A stretch of 64,000 bases of DNA from Azolla caroliniana (lineage: Eukaryota > Plantae > Polypodiophyta). The stretch lies in NCBI GenBank assembly GCA_043228905.1, contig JBHGNT010000001.1:10726001-10790000 (forward strand). The letters are read 5' to 3'. Below are positions 11,260 to 23,330 of this stretch, piece after piece; positions within the stretch are counted from its first letter, which is position 1; each line of letters starts with the position of its first letter. The translations under genes and the position numbers were made by a program. The notes beneath the pieces were generated by a model. That model saw nothing but the letters and a program-made list of their open reading frames with translations. It was not told where the DNA came from and made no database searches.

Positions 11260-14200
11260 CTAACCGGACTGGTTTGTCGTTACGCCCATCTGATGCCGAA
11301 GGGACCGAAAGCGGTCTGCCGAAAGACACTTGGTCATTCCATCTGCGACATTGTCGGTTGTGGATATTTTCTCTAGACCGATTTTCCCTGAAATGACGCA
11401 GTCCCGAACGAAGTGATATCGAACGTCGATATGTTTGGAGGCGTTGTGGTGAACCGGATTTTTCGACAAGGCAACAGCACCTTGACTGTCGCTATAGACA
11501 ACTGGGGCCGAGTCATGGTCGACTTGTCGAAACGTGTGCGCCAGCCGGCCAAGCCACAAAGCTTCTTTTGCAGCGTCGGACGCAACTACATATTCTGCTT
11601 CGGTCGTTGAGGTCGTTGTGCACTCCTGAAGTTTCGACTTCCACGAAATTGCTCCATTGCCGAATTTGAAGCAGTATCCAGTTGTTGATTTCCGACTGTC
11701 TATACAGCCGGCGAAGTCCGAGTCGGTGTAACCGACTACGCCTGAGGTTGAGTTCGGACCGAAAAGAATGCCGTGGTCTTTTGTGCCAGCCAGATATTTG
11801 AACACATGCTTGACTGCGTTCCAATGCGATCGGCCAGGATTGTGCATAAATCTGCTAACGACTCCTACGGCATGAGAAATATCAGGCCGTGTCGCGACCA
11901 TCAGGTACATAAGGGAGCCGACTGCCGGTGCATACGGTACCGACTTCATATCTTCCCCCTCCGGACCGGATGTCGGGCAGTCTCGCTGAGAGAGCCGAAG
12001 ATTCATGGGGAGCGGGGTTGAAGCAGATTTGGCTGATTGCATGTTGAAGCGTTCCAAGACACGTCCGATATAGTCGGTCTGAGACAAAAAAAGATGTCGT
12101 TTATCGCGATGCCGACTAATCTTCATGCCAAGTATGTGTCGTGCCGGACTGAGGTCCTTCATGGCAAACTTCAACCGCAATTGCCGAATGAGATCGGCAA
12201 GTTCGCCCGCGTGGCGTCCAGAAATTAGCATGTCGTCCACGTAAATGATGAGGAAGATGGGTGATCCATCTTGAGCTGTGTTGGTAAAAAGACAATGGTC
12301 CTCATCGCTTTTGGAGAAGCCGATCGATTGGATGAAGTCGTCGAACTTCTTGTACCATTGTCGCGGTGCCTGTTTGAGGCCGTATAGACTCTTCCTGAGT
12401 CGGCAGACTAGATGTTCTTGGCCAGTTGCCACGAAGCCTTTTGGCTGCTCCATATAAATTTCCTCTTCAAGATCACCATGGAGGAAGGCTGTTTTGACAT
12501 CTAGCTGAATCAGCTCCAAGTTGTCGGCTGCCACTACGCCGAGTAGAAAACGAAGGGTTGTCATTTTCACCACTGGTGAAAAAATCTCGTCGAAGTCGAC
12601 GCCATATTCTTGTCGGAAGCCCTTCGCAACTAATCTGGCCTTGTACTTTGGGGTGGTCGAATCAGACGTCTCTTTTAGTCGATAAACCCACTTGCAAGGA
12701 AGAGCACGTCGATTCTTAGGTAATTCGACCAGATCCCAAGTCTTGTTTGCCCGAATGGAGTGCATTTCCGACTCCATCGCCAGATGCCAGGTGGCTGAAT
12801 CGACAGATGTCGATGCTTCTTCGTAAGACGTCGGTTCGCTGGCGTCGGTGAAGAAAATTCCAGGAGAATACCTCTCCGGAGGTTGCGACAGTCTCTCGGA
12901 TCGTCGAGGTATGATTGGACTGGTCGTATCGGGTATCGAGGTCGGATGGTCCGAAAGCGAATTATTCTGCTGTGCCGAGTCAGAGTTGTCTGAGTCGGTA
13001 GTGTAAGGTTCAGCTACCCGTGAAGCTGACCGTGTGTTAGGAGCGGGGCCTTCTTGAAGGGTCGGCACATCGGAAAATGTTACCCTTCGGACTTCGATCG
13101 GTGTTTCGACTGATGGATTCATAGCCGACTCGTTGAACACAACGTCCGAACTTCGAACGATTTGTCTGCGTTCGGGGTCCCAGAGTCGGTATCCCATTTC
13201 GCCGTCTGATCCATATCCAAGGAAAATGCATTTCCTGGACCGAGGTGCAAGTTTTCGGTGATCATCTTTCGGAATAAGGGCGTACGCCTCGCATCCGAAG
13301 ATCCTCAGCTTGTCGTAATTCGGCTTGCTGCCGATCCATAGTTCCTGAGGAATTTGAAGTCCTAGAGGTCTGCTTGGCGACATATTGATTATGTGTACTG
13401 TCGTGAGTAGAGCCTCTACCCAGAAGCCATCCGACAGTCCGGAGTGTTGGAGCATGGAAACTATCCGTTCTTGGATTGTCCGATTCATGCGTTATGCAAT
13501 CCCGTTTTGCTCCAGACTGTGTGGTGCCGTAAATTCACGTCGGATGCCGCATTGTCGGCAGAATTTGACGAATTCTTCTGATTTGAACTCTCCCCCATTG
13601 TCGGTCCGAAAGCATTTCAGTTTTTGGTCAGTTTGATTTTCTACCATAGCGAGCCAATCGGAGAAGATCGAGAAGACACGATCTTTGGTGCGAATTGGAT
13701 AGGCCCACACCTTTCGAGTCGAATCGTCAATAAAACTGACGAAGTAAGAGGCACCGCCGAGAGACTGATGCGGCATTGGGCCACAGACGTCCGAGTGGAC
13801 TAAATCGAGAGGTCTCGTTTCTCTTGGTGCTGATGTCGGGTGTGATGCGGCTGCTTGTTTGCCATACTGGCAATGTTCGCAGAATTGATGGTCCGAGAAG
13901 GAGAGTTTAGGGATGTATCCGGCTCTAGATAGGTGCGTAATGCCGGCCTTGCTGAGGTGTCCTAATCTTCTGTGCCATAGTGATGACACAGGAATATCCA
14001 CCAAAAACAGGTTACCCTCTCTGAGCGTAACATGTAACGGATACAGTGAGTGTATCTTGGGTCCTCTAGCAAGCAGGAGGTTCCCCCTGTGGAGTGTCCA
14101 CCCTCCCGAAGAAAAACCGGCACGAATGCCGTCTTCATCTAGTTGTCCGACTGAGATCAATGGCCTTGAGAGCTCGGGTACATGTCGGACATTGTGAAGT

Positions 14201-15291
14201 ACAAGTGTAGAGCCACCTGCAAGGTTGAGCTCTACTGTGCCGATTCCAATGATGTCACAGTGTTGCGAGTTGTCGACTCGAACTGAGTCGGAGTGACGGA
14301 TCGTATATTGCCGAAATTGGGATCGATGAGGAGTCACGTGAAATGACGCGCCCGAATCTAAGAGCCATGTGCTCGATTCTTCAGTCGTGAGCAGAACTTC
14401 TGATCCGACTGGATTTTCGATTGATAGTATATTCGGGTCGTTTGGTAGCACATCAGCTGAGAAGCTGACGTAATTGATCTCCTCATGCCGGCCACTCTTC
14501 TTGTCTGATTTCTGAGACTTGTCGTTCTTGTTCTTGAGTGCGCGGCAGTCGGCTTTGATGTGTCCGGGTTTCTTGCAATAGTTGCAGATTCGATTATCCC
14601 GTGACTGGCTCCATCTTCGCTGATTGTTCGGCTGCCGTGAGGAATCTCTTCCTCGTATGTTCGATCGTTCTGTCGAACCTTGTACTACATAAGTGTCGTC
14701 TGTTGAGTCTTTGGCGAAAGACTTTCTCCGAGCTGCTTCGGTCAGGATTGCGCTCGTGACTTCGGAGTATTTAACAGCCGTGGTTGACGCGTTGCACACG
14801 ATTGTGACGAAAGTTTCCCATGATGAGGGAAGGCTGCTCATGAGTATCATTGCTCTGAGTTCATCCTCGATTGCCGTCCCCTGAGATGAGATTTGGGAGC
14901 TTATGCTTTCGTACTCATTGAGATGTGCTTGAACCGATTCTGATTCTTTCATCCGCAAGTTGTAGAGGCGCCGGATCAGAAACATCTTCGTTGCAGCGAC
15001 CTTCTTTTCGTAGGTGTCCGACAGTGTTTTCCACAGTTCGAATGCTGTCGTACACGATTGCACCGTAAAGTATACCGATTCCGATAGGTGCATCCGAATC
15101 GTGGCGCGGACGATTCTGTCCAGCTTCTGCCACTCAATTGGTTTGTATCCTTCTGGAGGTGCTTCATTTTCGATGGGATCGATTTGCCCCTTGACTATGA
15201 GATAGTCCTGCATTTGCTCCTTCCAGAAGTTGAAGTTCGATCCATCGAACTTTCGTAGACTCATTTCTGACGAGCCGGATGTTGATGTCAT
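11260..15291 (-). pseudogene. copia gag-pol polyprotein with a single premature stop
   Basis: ORFs 13492-15291 and 11260-13488 are in the same frame. Domains: CCHC knuckle (CNYCKKPGHIKADC), protease WLLDSGAS, integrase (HSDVCGP, RTDNGGE), RT (QLDVKTAFL, YVDDM), RNaseH (GYTDSDF, KHIDVRYH). Confidence 0.95.
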
Positions 15292-15818
15292 GACTCTGCC
15301 CTAAGTCGGCTACGAACTTTGGTGAAGTGCAGCGGTTTGGCCCACTCAGTGTCGTTCTAGCCGAAGTTGGACACAAGTGATGTTGATTACGGAGAATCGG
15401 GGATTTGGTTCGGATTGACTACCGACAACTGTCTTAGTCGAGTTGAACCTAGATTTAACGATCCGACAGTACTTCAAGCCGATTCGGTTTCGGTTGACTG
15501 CAACGGTGAGAGCAATGGAACCGACTGGTCCTTCCGATTATTGTCCAATCGAATGAAACACGAACTGGGGTTGTCCTTGAAGTCGTCGTTGTGCAGGAAG
15601 CCCACCTCAAGCAGTTACGATCAAGGAAGTAGAGTACAGCCGACTGGTTTACTCCGAGTGATGATCTAACGCAGCGAGATTCAAGCTTGTGTTTGCCTAC
15701 TTTCTTCTCTGTTTCTTCGAATGACGCAAGAAACCGAATGCTTTGCAGACTAGGATGAAGCGAAAGGCCGAATACTGTGCAGGCTGTGATGACGGCCGAC
15801 AGCGGGTTGAGGGACCTT

Positions 15819-15830
15819 GCTCTGATACCA
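15819..15830 (-). promoter_or_regulatory. tRNA-iMet primer-binding site
   Basis: GCTCTGATACCA on + strand, 2 nt from the 5' LTR. Confidence 0.93.
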
Positions 15831-15832
15831 AA

Positions 15833-16132
15833 TGTTGAAGACAAGGCCGTCAATGCGGAAGATCAAGTAGCATTCGATTGGGGTTGAGTACCTGCGTATG
15901 ACAGTTTCCAAGCTCGTGCACAGAGATAGAGAGAGAGAGAGAGGAGGCACAAAAGACTCTTTCTATTCAATAGAAACAATAATACAACCAACCTTACAAA
16001 AAGGTTACTAGGTCACTTTATATAGTGACAAACTTAGGGCAACTACCATTTATGCTAATTACACAAATGGCCCAAACTTGAGCTATAGAAAGGGATAGTA
16101 TGAATACGTCCATTATACACTTGTATTCGACA
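15833..16132 (-). repeat. copia 5' LTR
   Basis: Direct repeat of 10765-11066. Confidence 0.95.
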
Positions 16133-16163
16133 ACTGGTGGATGGGCGGTTTGGTGGGATTGGA

Positions 16164-16800
16164 TGTCGTGAAGAAAACTGGCCCTAAGAGGAATCAAGGA
16201 GTTAAAGGCGTGAACCCGCCCTTTCATGGATGTGCGTGAATTGATACATTGTATATAACTAAGAATAGGACGGATGATGCAAATATATTAGGTATGAGAT
16301 ACTTATTAATTAGGAAATCGAAGCGTATCTCTTCTGTCCTAAGGGACAGAGAATAAAGTTGACGTGTTTTGATGTAACGGCCTCCTCTGCGACTTATAAA
16401 AGGGAAGGGAGAAGAGGAAGAAATCATTAGGTTTTGGGGAGGCAAGGACGAGGTGATGTCGGACTGGGAACCGAGCTCTCTCTTTCTCTGTCGTCATTCT
16501 TTGCAGGGTTGCAACCGTTGTAGTTGTCTCTGTTATTGTAATAGAATCCCTTGTTTCTATGTTATTTGCGTTGTCTATGTTATTAGTGTTTCTTCTTCCA
16601 TTTCTCTTGAGTGTGCTCCTTGGTTGAGTCGGTATACGCGTTGGTGGTTCAATTAGCGGACCAGTGCCGACGATTGCTGATAGGTCTAGCAGGCATTACA
16701 CATGCGCGCTTCTCACTTCCTCTTGTCTCTCTCTTGCTCCTCGGTTCAGGGCTCCCGTGGTCCCGCCTTATTTCATACGCGAAAGCGAAACAACACAACG
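16164..16800 (+). repeat. 3' LTR of host gypsy element
   Basis: Starts TGTCGTGAAGAAAAC like the solo LTR at 123; TATAAAA near 16395; 3' end resembles the reverse complement of the 1500 LTR. Exact last base is uncertain. Confidence 0.8.
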
Positions 16801-18270
16801 GTCTTCCTAAAGGCTTGAGGTCCCGAGCTTCCCTTTCCAATCTTACGAGGACAACCCTTAGGTAGGTGCCCTTTCTGTTTGCAAATAAAACACTATCCAA
16901 GGAGTCCCTCATAAACTACTTTCACCACTGTGAGACCTAGCTCCTTAGAGTAGAGCCTAATTCTTGTTGGCAGTCCATGGAGGGAAGACACTAAGATGCG
17001 CACCTCGGGCACCTCCACGATTGTGTCTGCCATAGACATTTTTTGAGGGAAAATCGTCCCTATCTGTTCGCCGAAAAAAGGAAGCAAATGGCACAAATGG
17101 GGAGGGAGGCCAGGAAATGTTGTAGTGATCACCCTAGGGTTGTTAAGTTTTTGTAACCCTTCACTTGGATCGAACCCTGGTGCCCATGGCTGGAGCAACA
17201 CCTTGTCATACTTCAATTCAAGTACCTTGAACTCTACCAAAGGTTGCGCCAACGCATCATCACCCAATTCAATGTGGAAGAAAGTTTTCCCTAAACCCCT
17301 GACGCTCTTGATCGATGGCATGTTCTCCATCATAACCACTTGGAGCATGTCTCGAACCATGCCACGATTTGGTCTACTTGCGAGAAACCTACAGACAAAG
17401 GACGTACGACGTAGGCGTTCGATTTCCTCCCCTAAGAGTCGGTTGGCCTCTAGGGACAGGGTGATGTCTAAATCTGTACCTCCTTCTCCTTGTAGCGAAC
17501 TAGGATCTGTTGGGAGATCGGAGTCTCCCATCATATCGATTGGAAGTTCGGGTCCTCCCACCATGTCAAACTATAGGTTGTTTTTTCGTTCTCTGGTTTC
17601 CTCTTCCCCCCCCCCTCTTTTCTATCTTTTTTTCTTTTTTAAAAAATTTTATTATTATTATTTGGGGGGACGTAATGCGGTGGGTACCTGAGAGTCGGTT
17701 GGCCTCTGGGGACAAGGTGATGTCTAAATCTGTACCTCCTTCTCCTTGTAGCGAACTACGATCTGTTGGGAGATCGGAGCCTCCCATCATATCGATTGGA
17801 AGTTCGGGTCCTCCCACCATGTCAAACTATAGGTTGTTTTTTCGTTCTCTGGTTTCCTCCTCCTTCCCCCCCCTCTTTTCTATCTTTTTTTCTTTTTTTA
17901 AAAATTTTATTATTATTATTTGGGGGGAGGTAATGCAGTGGGTACCTGACAGCAAGTGTGCTGAAGCGGCGGCCGCAAACCAACCACTAGCCGTTGATGA
18001 GCGGCCGAAGCTCCCTCCTGCGCTAGCTACTGCACTCTCTCTTTTGTGGGGCTACTCGTTAGTTCCCCTCACATCATGGTCTGCTCCTACGCCATGGACT
18101 GCTCCTGACCAGAAGTTTGCTGAAGCGGCGACCACAAAACAACCACTAGCCGCTGATGAGTGGCCGAAACTCCCTCTGCGCTCTTTCTTTTGTGGGGCTG
18201 CTCACTCACGCCATGGTCTGCTCTGGCCTCTCGTTATTTCCCCCCCAAAAAAAGGGTTTAGGGTCTAGGG
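16800..18270 (-). mobile_element. Truncated L1-type LINE 5' region with ORF1 (DUF4283-like)
   Basis: ORF 16893-17564 has the plant LINE ORF1 pattern (RFL..RP, LGKTFFHIE, LLQPWAPGFDP, FPGLPPHL, GEQIG, VRILV). Confidence 0.7.
17435..17950. repeat. ~256-bp tandem duplication covering LINE ORF1 start and 5' UTR
   Basis: AGAGTCGGTTGGCCTC at 17435 and 17691; both units end GGGTACCTGA. Confidence 0.9.
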
Positions 18271-19400
18271 TTGAAGTTAATTAGTGATCCTGGATGCTCA
18301 ACAATTGTACTAATGAAGTAGGCATATATGAACCACAATGATCTATCTCAAGCTTGGTGGTGAAACTCTATCATGGTGATGACTAGGAGGCTCTACAAAA
18401 AGTAACTTGACTCTAAGATAAAACAAATATTGAACATCAATTGCCACACCCACTATGGAATGAATAAATGGACAGTTTAGTTATTATTTATATTTTTGGA
18501 GTGCCATTGTGACTACAGGGAGTTTTTGGATGTGGATCAAACTAAATTGCCAACATGTGGAATGCAAACTTGAATGTTGTCTAATGTAAATCATTGTATT
18601 AGCTTGTGTTATTTAGATTCAAGATGTTACTTGTGAAAAAACATGCATTGTTGATGAGTCTATGCTCATCTACATTGTCCCAACATCCAACCACAAGCTA
18701 TTCACAAGATTATCCTTTGCAACAAGCATACTCTGTATCATGTAACTTCCTTTGGTACAACTTATCTTGTAGTATATATTCAGATTAAATATCGTGTCTT
18801 ATTGAACAAATGTGTATCCTTAGGCACATATTGACAAAATTTCGATACATGATAGCACCATTCATACACATGTTGAATGCATTTTAACACATTTACATCG
18901 TTAAACACCCTTTGTGAAATGGACATAACGAGAGACTCCAAGTAAAGGCACATGTAGCCGGTTAGAGAAAAAGCACCTGGGCTAGGAACGTAGTACTAGG
19001 TTACACGTGATAGAGGCTAGTGAAAGTCAACTTAGACATGATAGAGCCGGTGATGGGAGCCAGGTTAGATGTCGCAGAGGCTTCTTAGAGCCCGATTGGT
19101 TTTTGGGCGCTTTTTTGGATTATGATCTAACGGTGCAGATCACACGCCATTTGAAATGTGCCATGTACCATCCGTGTGTGAGCGATTTCCTCAGCAAGCC
19201 TCATTATGATTTGGTTGCAAATGGAAACAAGCATGCATTGTATGTATGTCCATACGTATACGTATGTATGTACTATGTATGTATGTATGTATGTATGTAT
19301 GTATGTATGTATTAGAGAGGATAGTATAATGTATAATGTATGTATTAGAGCGGATAGAGTGTGAAAGAAGAAAGGGCTCCCTCACTCTGAACATACGAAA

Positions 19401-22400
19401 ATGTGCGCCTTCGCTCTGTGCGTGCCATCGCCATCGCCATCGCCATCGCCATCGCAGGCATCACTCGTGTCATCATCTGCATCGTGTTTAAGATCGAATG
19501 CTCGAATGAACTCTCTATCCTTCGTCTCATCTGCTCTGCTGTCAAATTGCTCACCTTCTCATCCTCCCAGGAACACGCGGCATTTCGCTCCTCTCTCTAT
19601 TAGTAACGACAAAGAAGGCCAAACTGAAGAGAAGGTATGCATATATACATGTTTACAGGAATCTTGTGTGTGTGTGTGCGCGCGCGCGTGGCAGAGAGAT
19701 AGAGATAAAGATAGAGATAGATAGAGAGATCTTTGGAAATGGGGAAGCCACTCTCACTAATTTATGTGTTTTTTCTTTTTCTTTTGGGATAGTCACATGT
19801 GCGATTTAGAGTTTCATTTTCATCTGTATTCACTGTGTATGTCAGCCTCCCTTTGGTTACACTAGAAAAGATGTTATCCTCATTGGGGTAGGCATCACCG
19901 CAGCTGGCGTTGGCCTCAAATATGGTCTCGAGGTACTCTTTCATTTCTCTTTCCATATTATTTCTTTAGTCTTTTTTTCTAGATTATTCAATCATTTATA
20001 TGGCATTGACACAATCAAGATTGTAAATTTTCTCATTATTTATTTAGTTTTTAATATTTTTAATGATGTTGAGGACTTGTTTAAGGATTTTTTTAGGTTT
20101 CCCATCGACTGAATTTCTTTGCTCTGTTTTCTGAGACTGATGAGTCACAACTTTCAATATTGCCTTGTGGAATTTCCCCCCCCGCATGAACTGCACATGA
20201 TTTTCTTCTACATAGGCTGCAATCTCTCAGAGTACTGTCAGAGATGATATCTGGCATCATTGCATTATAGGGAAAGTGTGGTTGGCAAGTGACAATTTTG
20301 GGCTGATATGCACTCTCTCGGGGTACTGTCGGAGATGATACCTGGCATCATTGCATTATAGGGAAAGAGTGGTAGGCAAGTGACTATTTTCGGCTGATAT
20401 GCACAACACATTTTAATATGGTGTTAGAAATTGTTTTCCACTATAACAGGTCTTGTATAAAATGTACATAAAGTCCATTTGAATAACCATGTGGTGCCAT
20501 TCTAGGGAGTGACAAAGTGGCTGTGGCAAACTAATGGCCCAAAAACTTCAGCTACTGCACAAAATTGTAAAAACAATCTGGAAAGAGCCTCATCAGAATG
20601 TTTCCATTGGTTCCTCTGTGTTCACGGTTACAGATGGTGCGGTGGGGAACACCAATGTCGACATGCTCCATCACTGATAATATTGTCTGTATATGTAATT
20701 CATTTGAGAAGTTACAGCATATGCAATGAATGCAAATTGTATAAGTGGCCGTCAATCAAATTTTAGAACCAAGCTCATGGTTTTCCACACTTTTAGGAAG
20801 GTGGGAACCCATTCAAGGATATGGAATGCTGGTGGAAATGTGAAGACATTGGACCCAAGCTTGTTTCAGAAACCTCACAAAACGTCTATTATATGCTAGG
20901 AGAGGTTCAAGGTAATATATACCGCAGAGGTCTAAAAGCTTGTTTTAAGATACTAACAAAGCTAACAAAGGTCCAAGCCTAATATATTTAGGTATCACCT
21001 TCCTGAGTACAAGAAATATTCTAGCCTCATTCCAGGATATGGATTCCTGTTGGAAATGTGAAGCTTGTTTTCAGAAACCTCACAAAAAATAAGGATTACT
21101 TCAACACCTTTTGGCACCCCAACCCATTGTCACAAGGACAACTAATTTTCAACTTCTCATTCATGTTCAGTTTTCTTTTTCCTGTCTCTTGTCGCATTCC
21201 CTTGCTGGAGATCCCTATCATCACAATATGGAATTGTGTTTTGGTCGTCTCGTTTTTCTATGCCTCAACCGTGATGTCTATCACACTACTATCAGCCTAT
21301 GATTGACGTAGCAGAAAGAGAACTCATATTCTCACATCACAGTGTGATGCATAGTCCAATTTAGCCTTTGTAGACATTTCCACTCAGTTATGCAATTTTG
21401 TATATTCTTGCGCACTTTACTGTGTAAAGCAAGCTAACAAAGGCCCAAAACCTTCTTTATCTCGAGGGAAATTAATTAGTCCTCACTATATTGTTTTTGG
21501 TCCCGTGGGTCATATTGTGACCCCCAAGGACCATAATCGAGCTACGATGCCTGCATGTTGATAGGTTCATTGCATTGTTTTTCGACCCAATCGGTCATGT
21601 TCGACTTTCTGAAGATGCCAATCAATAAATCTTTATTTCAGTTCTTTCCAACATAAATTATTCTCGTCTACCGTGATTCTTTGATCACATTTGTAATATA
21701 CAACTCTATTAAGGTTGTGATACGTATATATATTAATAACACCAATATATTAATAACTTTGTAATTTCCATACAAGTCCAAATTACCAAAACACTCCTAC
21801 AATTTGATTATATTGTGAATCTGTAGGCTACTAGTTTTCCTTTGATACAAGGTACCTGCAATTAATTCAATTAGTGTGGGTAATTAACACTTTATTGGTA
21901 TTATTCTAAAGTGTTTGATTTCTGATTTATTTCACAGTTTGTCGGAGTTGATCCCCTAAAAGCCGGAAATGTTGTACAACTCGTAATGGTACTTGGTCTC
22001 ACGCTTGGTTGGATTTCCACCTACGTGTTCAGAGTTTCCACGAAAGAGATGACTTATGCCAAACAGCTTCAGGACTATGAAAACAAAGTCATGCAGGTAT
22101 AATAAATGGCATAACACCAAAATATCGTAACTAATTGGTTATGTACTAGAATATCTCCGAGCTTTTAAAAATTACCTGAAGTTTTATAATTTGCACTAAG
22201 GGTAATATGGTAAAATTTGGAAGCATAGGAATATTCTTGTAAATATCCAAAAAGTTAGGGTTTATTTGCTGTTTTCCTATATAATCAATGTATGTGAAGC
22301 AAACACATTTGATTTAAAAGCAATAAGTCAAGTATTTGGTTTGAAATATCAGAAACGATTAGAGGAGTTGCCTGAGGCAGAGCTAGAATCTTTGCTTGCG

Positions 22401-22463
22401 AAAGTAGAAGAGGAAAAACTGCAATTGAAGTTGAGCCAGGAGAAGTTATCCCAGTCTGAATGA
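19401..22463 (+). CDS. DUF3007-family (cyanobacterial-origin) plastid-targeted membrane protein, 4 exons, 196 aa
   Basis: Exons 19401-19634, 19846-19932, 21938-22096, 22353-22463, all GT-AG and phase 0. Ser-rich transit-peptide-like N-terminus, then PFGYTRKDVILIGVG, GVDPLKAG...GWISTYVFRV..KEMTY..QL.DYE...KRLEEL. Confidence 0.85.
20223..20403. repeat. ~83-bp tandem duplication in intron 2
   Basis: TACTGTC.GAGATGATA.CTGGCATCATTGCATTATAGGGAAAG occurs twice. Confidence 0.8.
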
Positions 22464-22899
22464 GTAGGTTATAACAATTAGCTTTGTTGAAATACTTTTG
22501 TAATATAAATTTTATTAATTGTTCTTGTGTAACATCTCTCCTACATTTCTAGAACAAGGCTGCTGAGACAGTGATCAATGTGAATGGCACCTTATTTATT
22601 ACTCATATTTTTTATGGCTATTCTATAAGTATGGAGATAATGTTGTCTTAGATTATTCAATTGGGAAGCACATTTTCTATTTGTCGGGAGGTGGCCATCA
22701 TAGATGACGCTTAGGTTTGAACTCCCTACTTGAGGCTCCCTGAACTTGTTCCATCACTCGTATCCCCCTGGATTCCACTGTGCCCACTATTCAATTTATT
22801 AGCCCTAGCTCCCAAGGCCTTCTTTTCTTCACACTGTAATATTGGAGAAAGTTACTCTCAATGCATTCTCAATTGAGACGAGAAATTCAGAGGAAGGTA

Positions 22900-23330
22900 G
22901 TTCTAAGAGAGGCTTCACCATGCCCATACTAACTGTTAGAGACATTACTGAGGGTGGATGACATTTCATTCATGGATTTTTGCAAAGACTTTGACACAGT
23001 ATCATGAGGCTGGCTCATGTGAAGTTTCTAGGCCATTGTGGTTATGATGGAAATGGAATGGCTAATTGCAGATATGACTCAATCTCGTGCTTGGATCTCA
23101 AATGTAGTTCTACAAAGCTTTTGCCACAATACCATGATCTGTCTATTCAGTCACGACAAGAATGGAATGGGGAATTATCCACTGCATCAATCAACAACAG
23201 ATCAATTTGACACTCCTAATAGCTCTCAGGTGTACTGACCAGCATTATGCATCAATATCTGTGAAACAAGGAATGCCCAGTCTTAATTACCCTCATTGTA
23301 CCATACATGGATGGTGTTGTAGCTATATCA
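22900..23330 (+). pseudogene. Highly decayed LINE reverse-transcriptase remnant
   Basis: Translatable DFCKDFDTV (~22975) and SVKQGMP (~23258) resemble the LINE RT motifs DFxKAFD and GVRQG. Confidence 0.35.

Larger units (their letters stand above)
10765..16132 (-). mobile_element. Full-length Ty1/copia LTR retrotransposon, very recent insertion
   Basis: Near-identical LTRs at 10765-11066 and 15833-16132 (TG..CA); 5-bp TSD ACTGG; tRNA-iMet PBS TGGTATCAGAGC (15819-15830); PPT next to 11066. Confidence 0.97.
1..16800 (+). mobile_element. Host Ty3/gypsy LTR retrotransposon (5' part outside window), decayed and interrupted by three direct insertions
   Basis: RT/RNaseH-like peptides (EVRRFLGACAFY, VTVDTSPTGIGW, ETDCLP) at 1-1499 continue in frame across insertions into integrase (GHCGTWAT, YNPEANG, WFGPY) at 9078-10716. 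A G-rich tract precedes a TGTCG-starting 3' LTR at 16164. Domain order RT-RH-INT indicates gypsy. Confidence 0.9.

Noticed and set aside
13489-13494. Programmed stop-codon readthrough between copia ORFs
   Set aside because: The stop is inside integrase at the catalytic Glu, not at a gag/pol boundary; a nonsense mutation is simpler.
17125-18268. + strand ORFs of 188 and 252 aa
   Set aside because: Antisense shadows of LINE ORF1 and its duplication.
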